A DNA stretch of 64,000 bases, taken from contig JAZRXG010000021.1 in assembly GCA_045600105.1 (NCBI GenBank), positions 5,387 through 69,386 of the forward strand, in the 5' to 3' direction. The DNA comes from Eubacteriales bacterium. GTDB taxonomy: Bacteria; Bacillota; Clostridia; Oscillospirales; CAG-382. Shown here piece by piece: positions 19,474-29,309 of the stretch. A program made the translations under genes and the position numbers. The first letter of the stretch is position 1; every line of letters starts with the position of its first letter. The notes beneath the pieces are model-generated. The model saw only the letters and a program-made list of their open reading frames with translations, did not search any database and was not told where the DNA came from.

Positions 19474-20132
19474 TGGTAAACATCGGAAACCGCTGGGACG
19501 AACTTCTTTCTGAGGAGTTTGCTTCGGAAAATTACAAAAAGCTGCGCGAATTTCTCAAGGATGAATACCGCCGTTTCACGGTCCACCCCGATATGTACGA
19601 CATTTTCAACGCGTTCCGCTATACCGATTACGACGACGTCAGAGCCGTCATAATCGGGCAGGACCCGTACCACGGCGCAGGTCAGGCACACGGTCTTTCG
19701 TTTTCCGTCAAGGAGGGCGTTGAGATACCGCCGTCGCTCCGCAACATTTTCAAGGAGCTTCACGATGACCTCGGCACGCCGATACCGCAGAGCGGCTGCC
19801 TTGAAAGATGGGCAAAATCGGGTGTGATGCTTCTGAACGCCGTTCTCACCGTCCGCGACGGAGAAGCCGGCAGCCACAGAAACAAGGGCTGGGAAGCCAT
19901 CACCGACAAGGCGATAAAGGTGCTCAACGAACGCGAAAAACCGATAGTTTTTCTGCTTTGGGGGAATTTTGCAAAAGAAAAACTGCCTCTCATAACGAAT
20001 AAGCGTCACCTCGTGCTGACGGCTCCGCATCCCTCGCCTCTCTCGGCGTACTACGGATTTTTCGGATGCAGACATTTTTCGAAATGCAACGATTTTTTAA
20101 GAAGCAGCGGACTTGACCCGATAGATTGGTAA
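19473..20132 (+). CDS. ung: uracil-DNA glycosylase
   Basis: Family-1 UDG motifs VIIGQDPYHG and HPSPLSA. Confidence 0.95.
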   Translation: MVNIGNRWDELLSEEFASENYKKLREFLKDEYRRFTVHPDMYDIFNAFRYTDYDDVRAVIIGQDPYHGAGQAHGLSFSVKEGVEIPPSLRNIFKELHDDLGTPIPQSGCLERWAKSGVMLLNAVLTVRDGEAGSHRNKGWEAITDKAIKVLNEREKPIVFLLWGNFAKEKLPLITNKRHLVLTAPHPSPLSAYYGFFGCRHFSKCNDFLRSSGLDPIDW

Positions 20133-20186
20133 TTTTCAAGGACTCGCCTGCGGCGGGTCCTTGTTTTATAAACAGAGGTGTATTCA

Positions 20187-21419
20187 ATGAAAATGACAAT
20201 AGGCGAGCCTCACGTCGTCGCTCAAAGCGCGAAAGAGCAGCTTATCGGCGGCGGATATCAGGACCCGCTCATCAGATGCCGCGACGGAAAGCTCTATCTG
20301 CGTTTCAGCGCGAGAATGGACAACTTCTCCACCTTCGGCAAGGAAGACGGCAACCCGCTTTTCACGTCGTCCGACATGGGCGAAACGTGGGTCAGGTCGT
20401 TTGACCTCGACGACTGGATAAGGGCGGCGTCTCCGCTCGGAAACGGCGACAGGCTGCAGATGTGCGAATATTCCACCATCTACGACTTCCCCGCTCTCCC
20501 CAAAGCGGATGAAGACAGAAAGAACATCTCGTATTGCTGCGGAAGAAGAACCGTCTACACCGTTGACGAGCTCGTTCCGTATCTCGGTGACAGGATCGCA
20601 AAAGAATTTGCGGCGAAACGCATAAAAAGCGGAGACGATACGCCGTATGCCGAAAAATGCAGGGTGATATGGAAGAACATGGACGTAAGCTGCTTCGACG
20701 CTTTCGATCCGCCTTTCATCAAGCGTCATTTCGGGATGCGGTATTACACCGACAAAAACGGAGTCCTCTGGATGCCGCTCTCGGGCGGATACGTCAAGGA
20801 CGACGGAAAAATGGGGTCGAGACGTGCGTGCATAAGTCTGCTCAGAAGCGATGATAACGGACATACATGGAACTATACCGGAACCGTCGCGTATAAAGAA
20901 GAATACAACATCCCGAGCGCAAAGGACGTCGAAGGCTTTTTTGAAGCGGCGGTGCTTTTTGCCGATAACGGCGACATCGTGCTCATAATGCGTTCGGGCT
21001 CGCTCTGCCCGTACGACATCGGCGACAAGGACCACCCCGCCCCGAAAATGTATTCCGCACGTTCTTCCGACGGCGGAAAAACGTGGAAGGAACCCGAAGT
21101 TTTCCACGACTACGGCGTGTTCCCGCGTGCGGTACAGCTCGGCTGCGGAGCGTCGCTCATGACGTCGGGACGTCCCGGCGTTTACGTGAGAGCGTCGTAC
21201 GACAAAAACCTTTATGAATGGGAAGACATCGAGCCGATACTCACCGTTCCCGAAGACGAGATATATACCGGATATTTCAGATACAGCTGCGCGAACAACG
21301 ATCTGTGCGTCTTCGACGACAACACCGCGTTCCTCGCGTACAGCGATTTTACCATGAACGACGAAAACGGCGACCGCGCCAAGTCCATCGTGGTGAGGAA
21401 GATAACGTTTGAGCATTAA
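20187..21419 (+). CDS. BNR/Asp-box repeat protein, sialidase-like beta-propeller, no signal peptide
   Basis: Three Asp-boxes: SSDMGETW, SDDNGHTW and SSDGGKTW. ATG 20187 lies 8 nt after AGAGG. Confidence 0.7.
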   Translation: MKMTIGEPHVVAQSAKEQLIGGGYQDPLIRCRDGKLYLRFSARMDNFSTFGKEDGNPLFTSSDMGETWVRSFDLDDWIRAASPLGNGDRLQMCEYSTIYDFPALPKADEDRKNISYCCGRRTVYTVDELVPYLGDRIAKEFAAKRIKSGDDTPYAEKCRVIWKNMDVSCFDAFDPPFIKRHFGMRYYTDKNGVLWMPLSGGYVKDDGKMGSRRACISLLRSDDNGHTWNYTGTVAYKEEYNIPSAKDVEGFFEAAVLFADNGDIVLIMRSGSLCPYDIGDKDHPAPKMYSARSSDGGKTWKEPEVFHDYGVFPRAVQLGCGASLMTSGRPGVYVRASYDKNLYEWEDIEPILTVPEDEIYTGYFRYSCANNDLCVFDDNTAFLAYSDFTMNDENGDRAKSIVVRKITFEH

Positions 21420-21428
21420 GCAAAAGAT

Positions 21429-21462
21429 GAACGGACTTTCGCAAGAAAGTCCGTTCCTTTTA
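21429..21462 (+). terminator. intrinsic terminator
   Basis: gaacggactttcgcaagaaagtccgttc followed by ctttt. Confidence 0.75.
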
Positions 21463-21556
21463 ATTGCAAATCGAAAATGTCAAATTACAAATTAATGAAG
21501 ATTTCCGCACGGAACCGTGCGGAAATCAACCGAAACTATTAACTTATAGTTTATAA

Positions 21557-22303
21557 TTATAAGTTTTCAATTCCGTCCACCGCCGCCCAGGTGTTGACGC
21601 CCGCGAGGAGAACGGCTTTTTCGCCTCCCTTGAGCACTTCTTTGCCGCCGAGCGACGTCTGCAGGACCGTCCACGTCCCTTTCTTTACGTATTCGGGTAT
21701 CTTCGGTCCGTCTTTCCAGTAAGTGACGGCGCCGCTTCTGAAACGTACCCTGTCGCCGACGGCGTACTCTTTTTCAAAGTACCCCTCGTCGAGGTCGACG
21801 CTTCCGTCTATCCCGTCGACCTTTCCGCGGTCGCTCCACTGATACATAACGATGTGCGGCACGTCGGGCTTGGGGGTCGGTGACGGAGTCGTGCGGTAGG
21901 TCGCGTACCAGACGCCGAGGTCGGAAAGCGCCGACAGATCGAGATAGTTGGTCCTGAAATCGTTGTTGGTGTAGACGACGGGAGTGAATCCCGCTTCCTT
22001 CACCATATCGGCAAAAAGCCGCACGAACGCCGTATTCTGTGCCTTCGTGAGCTTTTTGTACCGCGCGTCCTCGATATCGCAGGCGCAGAACAGCCCCACG
22101 TTCCCGCGGAAACGCGACACGACGCCGATAAAATAATTGGTTTCGAGTTCGACCTCCCTTTCGGTGACTCCCGTGAGGAAATGATACGCCCCGCACTTTA
22201 TGCCGTTTTCGGCAGCGCCCTTTACGTTGCGTATAAACGCCGTGTCGGTGAACGGACAGACCGCGTTTTCCCTCACAAGACAGCCTTGGCTCGCCTTGAT
22301 CAT
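21557..22303 (-). CDS. GH25 muramidase (lysozyme) with C-terminal SH3-like domain; true start probably upstream (to ~22381)
   Basis: GH25 motifs (GAYHF, DIE, WQWSD...VDGIDGSVDLD). The in-frame sequence upstream of the first ATG encodes KGIDVSHYQGDINWKKVKNDGIGFA, the GH25 N-terminal catalytic motif, with no ATG/GTG/TTG available. Confidence 0.8.
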   Translation of the reverse strand: MIKASQGCLVRENAVCPFTDTAFIRNVKGAAENGIKCGAYHFLTGVTEREVELETNYFIGVVSRFRGNVGLFCACDIEDARYKKLTKAQNTAFVRLFADMVKEAGFTPVVYTNNDFRTNYLDLSALSDLGVWYATYRTTPSPTPKPDVPHIVMYQWSDRGKVDGIDGSVDLDEGYFEKEYAVGDRVRFRSGAVTYWKDGPKIPEYVKKGTWTVLQTSLGGKEVLKGGEKAVLLAGVNTWAAVDGIENL

Positions 22304-22455
22304 GGCGAATCCGATACCGTCGTTTTTTACTTTTTTCCAATTTATATCTCCCTGATAGTGAGATACGTCAATGCCTTTTATAACAAAGCACCTCCTTCAC
22401 CATCAGTATATCACAAAAGAGCGGACTTGGATGTCCGCTCTTTGTACGCAATTTT

Positions 22456-23739
22456 TCAGTTATTCTGCACAAAACGCGCAAAGCGCATTTCGGCTTCCTT
22501 TTCGACCGTCGCGGTGACTATCGCGCCGTCGGCGGTGTATTCGGTGCCGATCACCGCGGACATACGGAAAAGGCGGTTCATTTCTCCCGCGTCAGTGTGC
22601 GGGAAGAAGAAGCGCAGCGTCTTTCTGCCGCCGTCGATGACTTCCTTTATCCTTGCGAGCAGGTCATTTACTCCGTCGCCGGTACGCGCCGAAACGCAGA
22701 CGGCGTCAGGCATCATGAACTCGGTGTCAACGGCGTTGTCGCACTTGTTATAGCACCATATTATCTCTTTTTCGCCGCCCGAAAGCTCGTTGACGAGTTC
22801 AAGGGTGACGTTCTTTTTGCGCGTTCTTTCGGAGTCGTCCTCGGACGCGTCGATAAGGCAGACGATGACGTCGGCGTAGCGTATCTCCTCGAGTGTCGAG
22901 CGGAACGCCTTGACAAGGTGCGTCGGCAGCCTGTCGATGAACCCGACCGTGTCGGTGAGCAGCACGTCGGTACCGTCGGGAAGCGTCAGTTTTCTTGTGG
23001 TGGGGTCGAGGGTGGCGAACAGCTTGTCTTCAGAAAGCACGCCCGCGCCCGTAAGGTAGTTGAGCAGCGTCGACTTGCCCGCGTTGGTGTAGCCGGCGAT
23101 CGCCACGGTCTTCATGCCGTTGCGTTCCCTGCCCTTGCGTTTGACTTCGGACGTTCTCTCAAGTTCTTTGAGATGCTCGTTGAGCGCGTCGATGCGTCTC
23201 TGCAGGTGGCGTCTGTCGGTCTCGAGCTGGGATTCGCCGGGGCCTCGCGTGCCGATGCCGCCGCCGAGACGCGAAAGCATCCTGCCTTTGCCCATGATAC
23301 GCGGCGCGGTATAGCGCAGGCAGGCGATCTCGACCTGAAGCTTTCCTTCGCCCGTGACCGCGTGAAGCGCGAATATATCGAGGATGAGCATCGTTCTGTC
23401 GATGACTCTGACGTCGAGCGCGTCCTCGAGATTCTTTATCTGCGACGGCGACAGCTCGTTGTCGAATATCGCCATTGAAATACCGCCGTCGTTTTTGATA
23501 TACTCTGCGATCTCTTCGCATTTTCCTTTGCCGATAAAGGTCTTGTTGTCGGGCGACGGACGCGCCTGCACCACGCGCAGCACCGCTTCTCCGCCCGCCG
23601 TGTCGAGGAGCCGTTCAAGCTCGTCGAGCGACGTTTCGACCTCTTTTTCGGTCATTTCCGGGAGAAAAAGCGACACGAGGACCGCCTTGGTCTTTTCGCC
23701 TTCTTCTCCCGACGTAATTATTTTTTCGATTTCCGCCAT
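22456..23739 (-). CDS. hflX: GTPase HflX
   Basis: HflX N-domain plus G-domain GYTNAGKSTLLN and DTVGFI. Confidence 0.9.
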   Translation of the reverse strand: MAEIEKIITSGEEGEKTKAVLVSLFLPEMTEKEVETSLDELERLLDTAGGEAVLRVVQARPSPDNKTFIGKGKCEEIAEYIKNDGGISMAIFDNELSPSQIKNLEDALDVRVIDRTMLILDIFALHAVTGEGKLQVEIACLRYTAPRIMGKGRMLSRLGGGIGTRGPGESQLETDRRHLQRRIDALNEHLKELERTSEVKRKGRERNGMKTVAIAGYTNAGKSTLLNYLTGAGVLSEDKLFATLDPTTRKLTLPDGTDVLLTDTVGFIDRLPTHLVKAFRSTLEEIRYADVIVCLIDASEDDSERTRKKNVTLELVNELSGGEKEIIWCYNKCDNAVDTEFMMPDAVCVSARTGDGVNDLLARIKEVIDGGRKTLRFFFPHTDAGEMNRLFRMSAVIGTEYTADGAIVTATVEKEAEMRFARFVQNN

Positions 23740-23827
23740 AAATTCACCTCCGATTTATACGGTAAGCACATAAGCACATAAAAAAACAGCACGGCTGTTG
23801 ATGACAACAGCCGTGAAGATACGCAAT

Positions 23828-24028
23828 TCAGTTGAGGTTGAATTTCTTTTTGAATTTATCAACGCGTCCGCCCGCATCGACAAACTTCTGTTTGCCGGTG
23901 AAGAAGGGATGGCATTTAGCGCATATATCAACCTTTATGGAGTCTTTGCAGGAATATGTTTTATATTCTTCGCCGCAAGCGCATCTGACAACTGTTTCCT
24001 TGAATTCAGGATGGATTCCGGATTTCAT
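23828..24028 (-). CDS. rpmE: 50S ribosomal protein L31 (Zn-binding type)
   Basis: [22 protein letters not shown]...[12 protein letters not shown]. The internal ATG at 24028 was chosen over the longer track ORF. Confidence 0.9.
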   Translation of the reverse strand: MKSGIHPEFKETVVRCACGEEYKTYSCKDSIKVDICAKCHPFFTGKQKFVDAGGRVDKFKKKFNLN

Positions 24029-24148
24029 CTTCGTTTTCCCTCGCTTTCTTGTACGCACAACATATTGTTCACGCAAAGTATAGTATATCACACAGTTTTT
24101 TATATTGCAAGTGTTTTTTTCAATTTTTTCAAAATATTTTGAACTTTT

Positions 24149-25219
24149 TTATTCTTCGCCTTCGGCGGCAAGCTTCGCTGCCCTGTCGGCGGTGATAAGA
24201 CCGTCTATCATCTCGTCCATTTTGCCGTTGAGGAAGGCTTCGAGCTGATATATCGTGAGCCCGATGCGGTGATCGGTGACGCGTCCCTGCGGATAGTTGT
24301 AGGTGCGTATCCTTTCGCTTCGGTCGCCGGTACCGACCTGACTGCGTCTTTCGGAAGCGATGGCGCTTTCGCGCTTTTCTTTTTCAAGTGCGGCAAGCCT
24401 GCTCTTCATGACCTTGAGCGCCTTGTCCTTGTTCTTCATCTGGCTTCGCTCGTCCTGACAGTCGACCACCGTTCCCGTGGGGATGTGTATGATGCGGATG
24501 GCGGATTCGGTTTTGTTGACGTGCTGACCGCCCGCTCCCGACGAACGGTGAGTGGTTATTTCAAGCTCATCCATATTCAGTTCAAAGTCAACATCCTCTA
24601 CTTCGGGGAGCACCGCGACGGTAGCGGTGGAAGTCTGTATCCTGCCCTGCGATTCGGTCTCGGGGACTCGCTGTACACGGTGAACACCCGATTCAAACTT
24701 AAAGCGTGAATACGCGCCGTCGCCGATGACCATGAACGAAACCTCCTTCATTCCGCCGAGTTCGGTCTCGTTGGTGTAAAGCAGCTCGCATTTGAAGCCC
24801 GCCTGTTCGGCGTACATATTGTACATACGGTAGAGGACGTAGGCGAAAAGGCACGCTTCTTCGCCGCCCGCTCCGGCACGTATCTCGATGATGACGTTCT
24901 TTTCGTCGTTGGGGTCGACGGGAAGCAGCATTATGCGAAGCTCGTCGTGGACTCTTTTCAGCGTTTCCTCGGCTTCGTCAAACTCGTTCTTTGCAAGCTC
25001 CTTCATTTCGGGGTCGTCGGACGACATGAGCTCGAGCGCGTCCGCCTTGACGGAAAGAGCGCTCTTGTACTCACGGTATTTTTCGACTATCGGGGATATC
25101 TGCTTGTATTCCTTCATAAGCGCCGTATACCCGGCAAGATCGGAAACGACCTCGGGGTCGGCAAGGCGCGATTCGGTGTCGATAAGTTTTTTTTCGATTT
25201 GTACGAGTTTTTCAAACAT
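24149..25219 (-). CDS. prfA: peptide chain release factor 1
   Basis: GGQ motif SSGAGGQHVNKTESAIR and an RF1-type P-x-T tripeptide (RVPETESQGR). Confidence 0.95.
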   Translation of the reverse strand: MFEKLVQIEKKLIDTESRLADPEVVSDLAGYTALMKEYKQISPIVEKYREYKSALSVKADALELMSSDDPEMKELAKNEFDEAEETLKRVHDELRIMLLPVDPNDEKNVIIEIRAGAGGEEACLFAYVLYRMYNMYAEQAGFKCELLYTNETELGGMKEVSFMVIGDGAYSRFKFESGVHRVQRVPETESQGRIQTSTATVAVLPEVEDVDFELNMDELEITTHRSSGAGGQHVNKTESAIRIIHIPTGTVVDCQDERSQMKNKDKALKVMKSRLAALEKEKRESAIASERRSQVGTGDRSERIRTYNYPQGRVTDHRIGLTIYQLEAFLNGKMDEMIDGLITADRAAKLAAEGEE

Positions 25220-25292
25220 ACCGGCGTGATTCCTTTCGTATATATGGATTCGTAGGGACTTCCCTAACGTTTGAAATATGGAGTGAAAATCA

Positions 25293-26240
25293 ATGAAAAA
25301 CAGCGCATATCCGCCCGAAGGCGGGCTTTACGGCGAACAGAGCGTTAAAGATTACTGCCGTTCTCTTTCGTCGCTTGAAAAAGCGAAGGAAAGCGGCGTC
25401 ATCCTCGAAGGCAAGGCGTTCCGCTGCAGCGAGGAGCACGACCTCTACGTCAGACTGAAAAGCGGCATCGTCGGCGTCATCCCGTTTGAGGAATGCACGT
25501 CGCGCACGGTACGCGAAAGCGCCCGCGAGATCGCCGCGATAAGCCGCGTCGGCAAATACGTCTGCTTCAAGGTGACCGACACCCGCGGCAGCATCCCCGT
25601 CTTCTCACGTCGGGAAGCGCAGGAGGAATGTATGGAAAACTGCGTTTCGCGTTTTGAGTCCGGCGACGTCATCGACGCGGTAGTCACGCACATGGAGCCG
25701 TTCGGGGCGTTCTGCGACGTTGGCTGCGGCATAATATCGCTGCTGCCGATAGACTCGATGTCGGTGTCACGCATTTCTCACCCTCGCGACAGATTTTACG
25801 CGTCGCAGCGCATCAAAGCCGTCATACGCACGCCGTACGACGAAAACGGCAGAGTCACGCTGACACACAAGGAGCTGCTCGGAACGTGGGAAGAGAACGC
25901 AGCGCGTTTTTCGCCGTGTCAGGCAGTGACCGGAAAAGTCAGGTCTATTGAAAAATACGGCATTTTCGTGGAACTCGCCCCGAATCTGGCGGGGCTTGCC
26001 GAGTACGCCGAAGGGTACGAGGTCGGCGACACGGTCTCGGTCTACATAAAGAGCGTCATTCCGCAGAAAATGAAGGTGAAGCTCATCATCATCGACAAAG
26101 CCGAGAACGAAAAACCGGATTTCGCGTACGAATACGTTATCCCGTCCGAAAGGCTCGAACGCTGGGTATATTCGCCGCGCGACAGTTTCAAGACCGTGGA
26201 AACGGTGTTTCAGAACACGAATTCGAACTGGATGCCGTAA
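25293..26240 (+). CDS. S1 RNA-binding domain protein
   Basis: Repeated S1/OB-like segments (GDVIDAVVTHMEPFGAFCDVG, VTGKVRSIEKYGIFVELAPNLAGL). The 3' end overlaps the obg 3' end by 31 nt (convergent). Confidence 0.75.
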   Translation: MKNSAYPPEGGLYGEQSVKDYCRSLSSLEKAKESGVILEGKAFRCSEEHDLYVRLKSGIVGVIPFEECTSRTVRESAREIAAISRVGKYVCFKVTDTRGSIPVFSRREAQEECMENCVSRFESGDVIDAVVTHMEPFGAFCDVGCGIISLLPIDSMSVSRISHPRDRFYASQRIKAVIRTPYDENGRVTLTHKELLGTWEENAARFSPCQAVTGKVRSIEKYGIFVELAPNLAGLAEYAEGYEVGDTVSVYIKSVIPQKMKVKLIIIDKAENEKPDFAYEYVIPSERLERWVYSPRDSFKTVETVFQNTNSNWMP

Positions 26241-27469
26241 ATATCGACGGTGTCGTTTTCGTGGATGCCTTTTGCTTCGAGAGCGTCGATAACGCCGTAT
26301 TCACGAAGCATACGCTGGAAATATGCAAGCGATTCCCTGTCGTCGAAATTGATGTTCTCGCAAAGCCTCACGAGTTTTCCGCCCGTGACGACGTAGGTTC
26401 CGTTCACGTTCTTTACGGTGATGGGCTCGTCTTCTTCCTCGATCTCGTAGTATTCCCTTTCGTAAACGACGGGAGGAGGAAGAAGCGCGACTTCCTTTGA
26501 TATCTCCTCAAGAAGCTCGTCGAGTCCTTCACCGATACCGGCGGAAATAAGGAACACCTTCTGCTTTTTGCGGGAAGCGTAGGCTTTTATCTTTTTGTAT
26601 ACTTCCTCGTCATACCCCTCGTCGATCTTGTTCGCGGCAAGTATCTGTTTGCGCGATGCAAGCTCGGGGGAATACTTTTTGAGTTCTTTGTTTATCTGTT
26701 TGATGTCTTCGAGCGGGTCGCTTCTTTCGGAAGCGGAGATATCGAAAACGTGGACGAGCAGTCTGCATCTTTCGATGTGGCGCAGGAATTCGTGACCGAG
26801 TCCCTTGCCTTCGGAAGCGCCCTCGACAAGTCCCGGGATATCCGCCATGATGAAGTTCTTTTCATAAGCCGAAATTACGCCGAGGTTGGGCGACAGAGTG
26901 GTGAAATGATAGTCGGCGATCTTGGGACGCGCCGACGACACCATGGAAAGAATGGTGGATTTGCCCACGTTCGGGTAGCCGATGAGGCCTACGTCGGCAA
27001 GCATTTTGAGCTCGAGAGTGAGATTATATTCCTCGCCCTCGCGTCCGACCTTGGCAAAATGCGGGGTCTGACGGGTAGCAGTGGCAAAATGGGTGTTGCC
27101 CCAGCCGCCCTTGCCGCCGTGAGCGATGATGAAATCGTTCCCGTCGGACATATCGTGGATTATCTTTCCGCTTTCCTTGTGGCGTATTATCGTTCCGCGG
27201 GGAACCTTGAGGATTATGTCTTCCCCGTTCTTGCCGTGAAATTTCTTGTTGGCACCGTTATCGCCGTTTTTGGCGATGAACTTGCGGTGATATTTATAGG
27301 CGAAAAGCGTGCTGTCGCCGTCTTCGACCGAAAAAATGACGTCGCCGCCCTTTCCGCCGTCGCCGCCGTCGGGCCCTCCGTGGGACACGTATTTTTCGCG
27401 TCTGAACGAAATGGAGCCGTCGCCGCCTTTGCCGGCTTTGACGTAAATATCCACTTTATCTATGAACAT
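26210..27469 (-). CDS. obg: GTPase Obg/CgtA
   Basis: MFIDKVDIYVKAGKGGDG Gly-rich Obg fold, GYPNVGKST, and a C-terminal OCT domain. Confidence 0.95.
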   Translation of the reverse strand: MFIDKVDIYVKAGKGGDGSISFRREKYVSHGGPDGGDGGKGGDVIFSVEDGDSTLFAYKYHRKFIAKNGDNGANKKFHGKNGEDIILKVPRGTIIRHKESGKIIHDMSDGNDFIIAHGGKGGWGNTHFATATRQTPHFAKVGREGEEYNLTLELKMLADVGLIGYPNVGKSTILSMVSSARPKIADYHFTTLSPNLGVISAYEKNFIMADIPGLVEGASEGKGLGHEFLRHIERCRLLVHVFDISASERSDPLEDIKQINKELKKYSPELASRKQILAANKIDEGYDEEVYKKIKAYASRKKQKVFLISAGIGEGLDELLEEISKEVALLPPPVVYEREYYEIEEEDEPITVKNVNGTYVVTGGKLVRLCENINFDDRESLAYFQRMLREYGVIDALEAKGIHENDTVDIYGIQFEFVF

Positions 27470-27548
27470 ACCTCAGACCTCCTTTATGTGTTTGCAAGCA
27501 CAAAAAAAGAGCATACTGCGCCGCAGCATACTCTTTCCGTTTGATTTA

Positions 27549-27827
27549 CTATTTTGCGTAAACGCTGATTCTTCTTCTGCCGTTTGCGATCGGTTCGTAT
27601 TTGACTACGCCGTCGATAAGAGCATAAAGAGTATCATCGGAGCCGATGCCCACATTTACGCCGGGATGGAAATGAGTGCCTCTCTGACGATAGATGATGT
27701 TGCCGGCGATAACGGACTGACCGTCGCCTTTTTTGGCGCCGAGACGCTGAGCACGGGAGTCTCTGCCGTTCTTGGTCGAACCAACACCTTTTTTATGTGC
27801 AAAGAACTGTATTGACAATCTAAGCAT
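27549..27827 (-). CDS. rpmA: 50S ribosomal protein L27 with Prp-cleaved N-terminal extension
   Basis: [24 protein letters not shown]. The propeptide is typical of Firmicutes, and prp is adjacent. Confidence 0.95.
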   Translation of the reverse strand: MLRLSIQFFAHKKGVGSTKNGRDSRAQRLGAKKGDGQSVIAGNIIYRQRGTHFHPGVNVGIGSDDTLYALIDGVVKYEPIANGRRRISVYAK

Positions 27828-27846
27828 GGTAAGTAACTCCTTTTCA

Positions 27847-28164
27847 TTATTCTGCTGCTTTTTTCACCGCCGCGTATTTCGGGTTTTCCTTGGCGATCTC
27901 AAGAGCCTCGCAGTAAAAGCTCTTTATCACTGAGGACGAAACAGCGGTGCCGTTAAGAACGTTGACCGATACGGCGGGAACTTTGTCATCAACGAACGAA
28001 TCGTATTCGATGCCCGATTCGTCAAGGATCCGCGTCACGAGGTTCACCATGGTGGAGAACGCCGCGCAGATTATGTCGGACCCGCTTTCGGCATAACCGG
28101 AATGTCCGCTTATGTCAAAGCCGCTGAAAGAGCCGCCTCGCGTTTTGAACAACGCTTTGATCAT
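27847..28164 (-). CDS. prp: ribosomal-processing cysteine protease Prp
   Basis: [18 protein letters not shown] motif. Located between rplU and rpmA. Confidence 0.9.
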   Translation of the reverse strand: MIKALFKTRGGSFSGFDISGHSGYAESGSDIICAAFSTMVNLVTRILDESGIEYDSFVDDKVPAVSVNVLNGTAVSSSVIKSFYCEALEIAKENPKYAAVKKAAE

Positions 28165-28170
28165 TTTTTC

Positions 28171-28479
28171 TTACTTGGTTATGGATACGATCTGAAGCTT
28201 GGTGTAGGGCTGTCTGTGACCGATGTGCTTCTTTTCGTTCTTTTTGGATTTGTAACGAATGATGTGAAGCTTCTTGCCTTTACCGTTCTTGACAACAGTT
28301 GCTTCGCACTTGTAACCGGTGTAAGGAGCGCCGATCTCAAGATTTTCGCCGTCGGAATAAGCGATGACCTTGTCAATGATGACGTTGGAGCCTTCTTCGG
28401 CATTCAGCTTTTCGGCAAAAATGATATCGCCTTCGCTGACTTTGAACTGTTTTCCGCCCGTTTCGATAATTGCGTACAC
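28171..28479 (-). CDS. rplU: 50S ribosomal protein L21
   Basis: (V)YAIIETGGKQFKVSEGD. GTG start at 28479 after GAGAGG. The track ORF is over-extended. Confidence 0.9.
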   Translation of the reverse strand: MYAIIETGGKQFKVSEGDIIFAEKLNAEEGSNVIIDKVIAYSDGENLEIGAPYTGYKCEATVVKNGKGKKLHIIRYKSKKNEKKHIGHRQPYTKLQIVSITK

Positions 28480-28595
28480 GAAAAGGACCTCTCTTTCATA
28501 ATAAACTCGCTGTCTTACGCAGGCACGCGGATGCGTTTTATGAGCCCCGGACACGCGGCATTGTGCATTGTAACACAGAATATTTCTCTTGTCAA
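28480..28595 (-). promoter_or_regulatory. sigma-A promoter and ~80-nt rplU leader (possible L21 leader, not verifiable by eye)
   Basis: TTGACA-17-TACAAT on the minus strand (plus 28567-28595). The leader length fits the Firmicutes L21 leader, but I cannot confirm its consensus. Confidence 0.4.
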
Positions 28596-28651
28596 TACCT
28601 TTTTCGAGATATTTTCAAGTAAAATCAATGTTTTTTGCTCTGCTCCGGCTT

Positions 28652-29236
28652 TTAATGTATCTTTTTGCTCATTTTGATGATGCGGACGATCGTGGGGCTG
28701 AGGATGAGGTTGAACAGCAGCTCGAACACGAAATTGAGTCCGACGAGTCCCACGAACATATACGCGATGACCGAACCGCCGCTGTCGCCCATCAGCGCTT
28801 TTATCGCGTCAAGCAGGAAGCAATAACCGCCGATGAGGAAGATGCCGGTATTGACGATCGGACATACAGCGGCTGCGATTATCGCGGCAAGAAGTTCGCC
28901 CTTCGGCTTGAAGAAGCTGTACACGAGTCCGGCGCAGAGTCCGGCGGCGGTACCCTTGACGAGAACTATGACCATCGTCCAGAACGGACTGTATTCCATA
29001 AAGAAGGCGGCGTCACCCGAGAGAAGCACCACGACGCCGAAAACGAGCCCGAGCCAGCCTCCCGACACTCTGCCGTAAAGAGCTGCTCCGACGACGATGG
29101 GAACGAGAACGAGCGACACGGAAAAAGGTCCGAATTTGATAAAGCTGCCGACAAGCTGAAGTACGACGACCATTGCCGTTATCAGGGCAATGCCCACTAT
29201 CATTTTGGTTTTTTCTTTGTTGAATCTTTCGCGCAC
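28652..29236 (-). CDS. ECF-transporter S (substrate-capture) component, substrate unknown
   Basis: ~190 aa with 5-6 TMs and a small Gly/Ala-rich helix pattern typical of ECF-S proteins. GTG start after GGAGGG. Own promoter TTGATT-17-TATAAT. Confidence 0.6.
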   Translation of the reverse strand: MRERFNKEKTKMIVGIALITAMVVVLQLVGSFIKFGPFSVSLVLVPIVVGAALYGRVSGGWLGLVFGVVVLLSGDAAFFMEYSPFWTMVIVLVKGTAAGLCAGLVYSFFKPKGELLAAIIAAAVCPIVNTGIFLIGGYCFLLDAIKALMGDSGGSVIAYMFVGLVGLNFVFELLFNLILSPTIVRIIKMSKKIH

Positions 29237-29309
29237 GTTTTTCCCTCCGTCCGTAATAATTTTCTACAGATTATATTATAACGAAGAAAAAAGCGGAAAT
29301 CAATGGAAA

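Noticed and set aside
20184-21416. 410-aa ORF on the minus strand (similar cases at 8233-9396, 10200-11129, 17346-18515, 58113-59270 and 59426-60277)
   Set aside because: All are mirror ORFs of genes with clear family motifs on the opposite strand.
21557-22381. GH25 lysin as a marker of a prophage
   Set aside because: No holin, tail, capsid, integrase or att-like features nearby. The flanks are hflX and a BNR protein.
26210-26240. 31-nt convergent overlap of the S1-domain gene and obg as a regulatory antisense arrangement
   Set aside because: This is probably just compact 3' ends. Nothing in the sequence argues for function.
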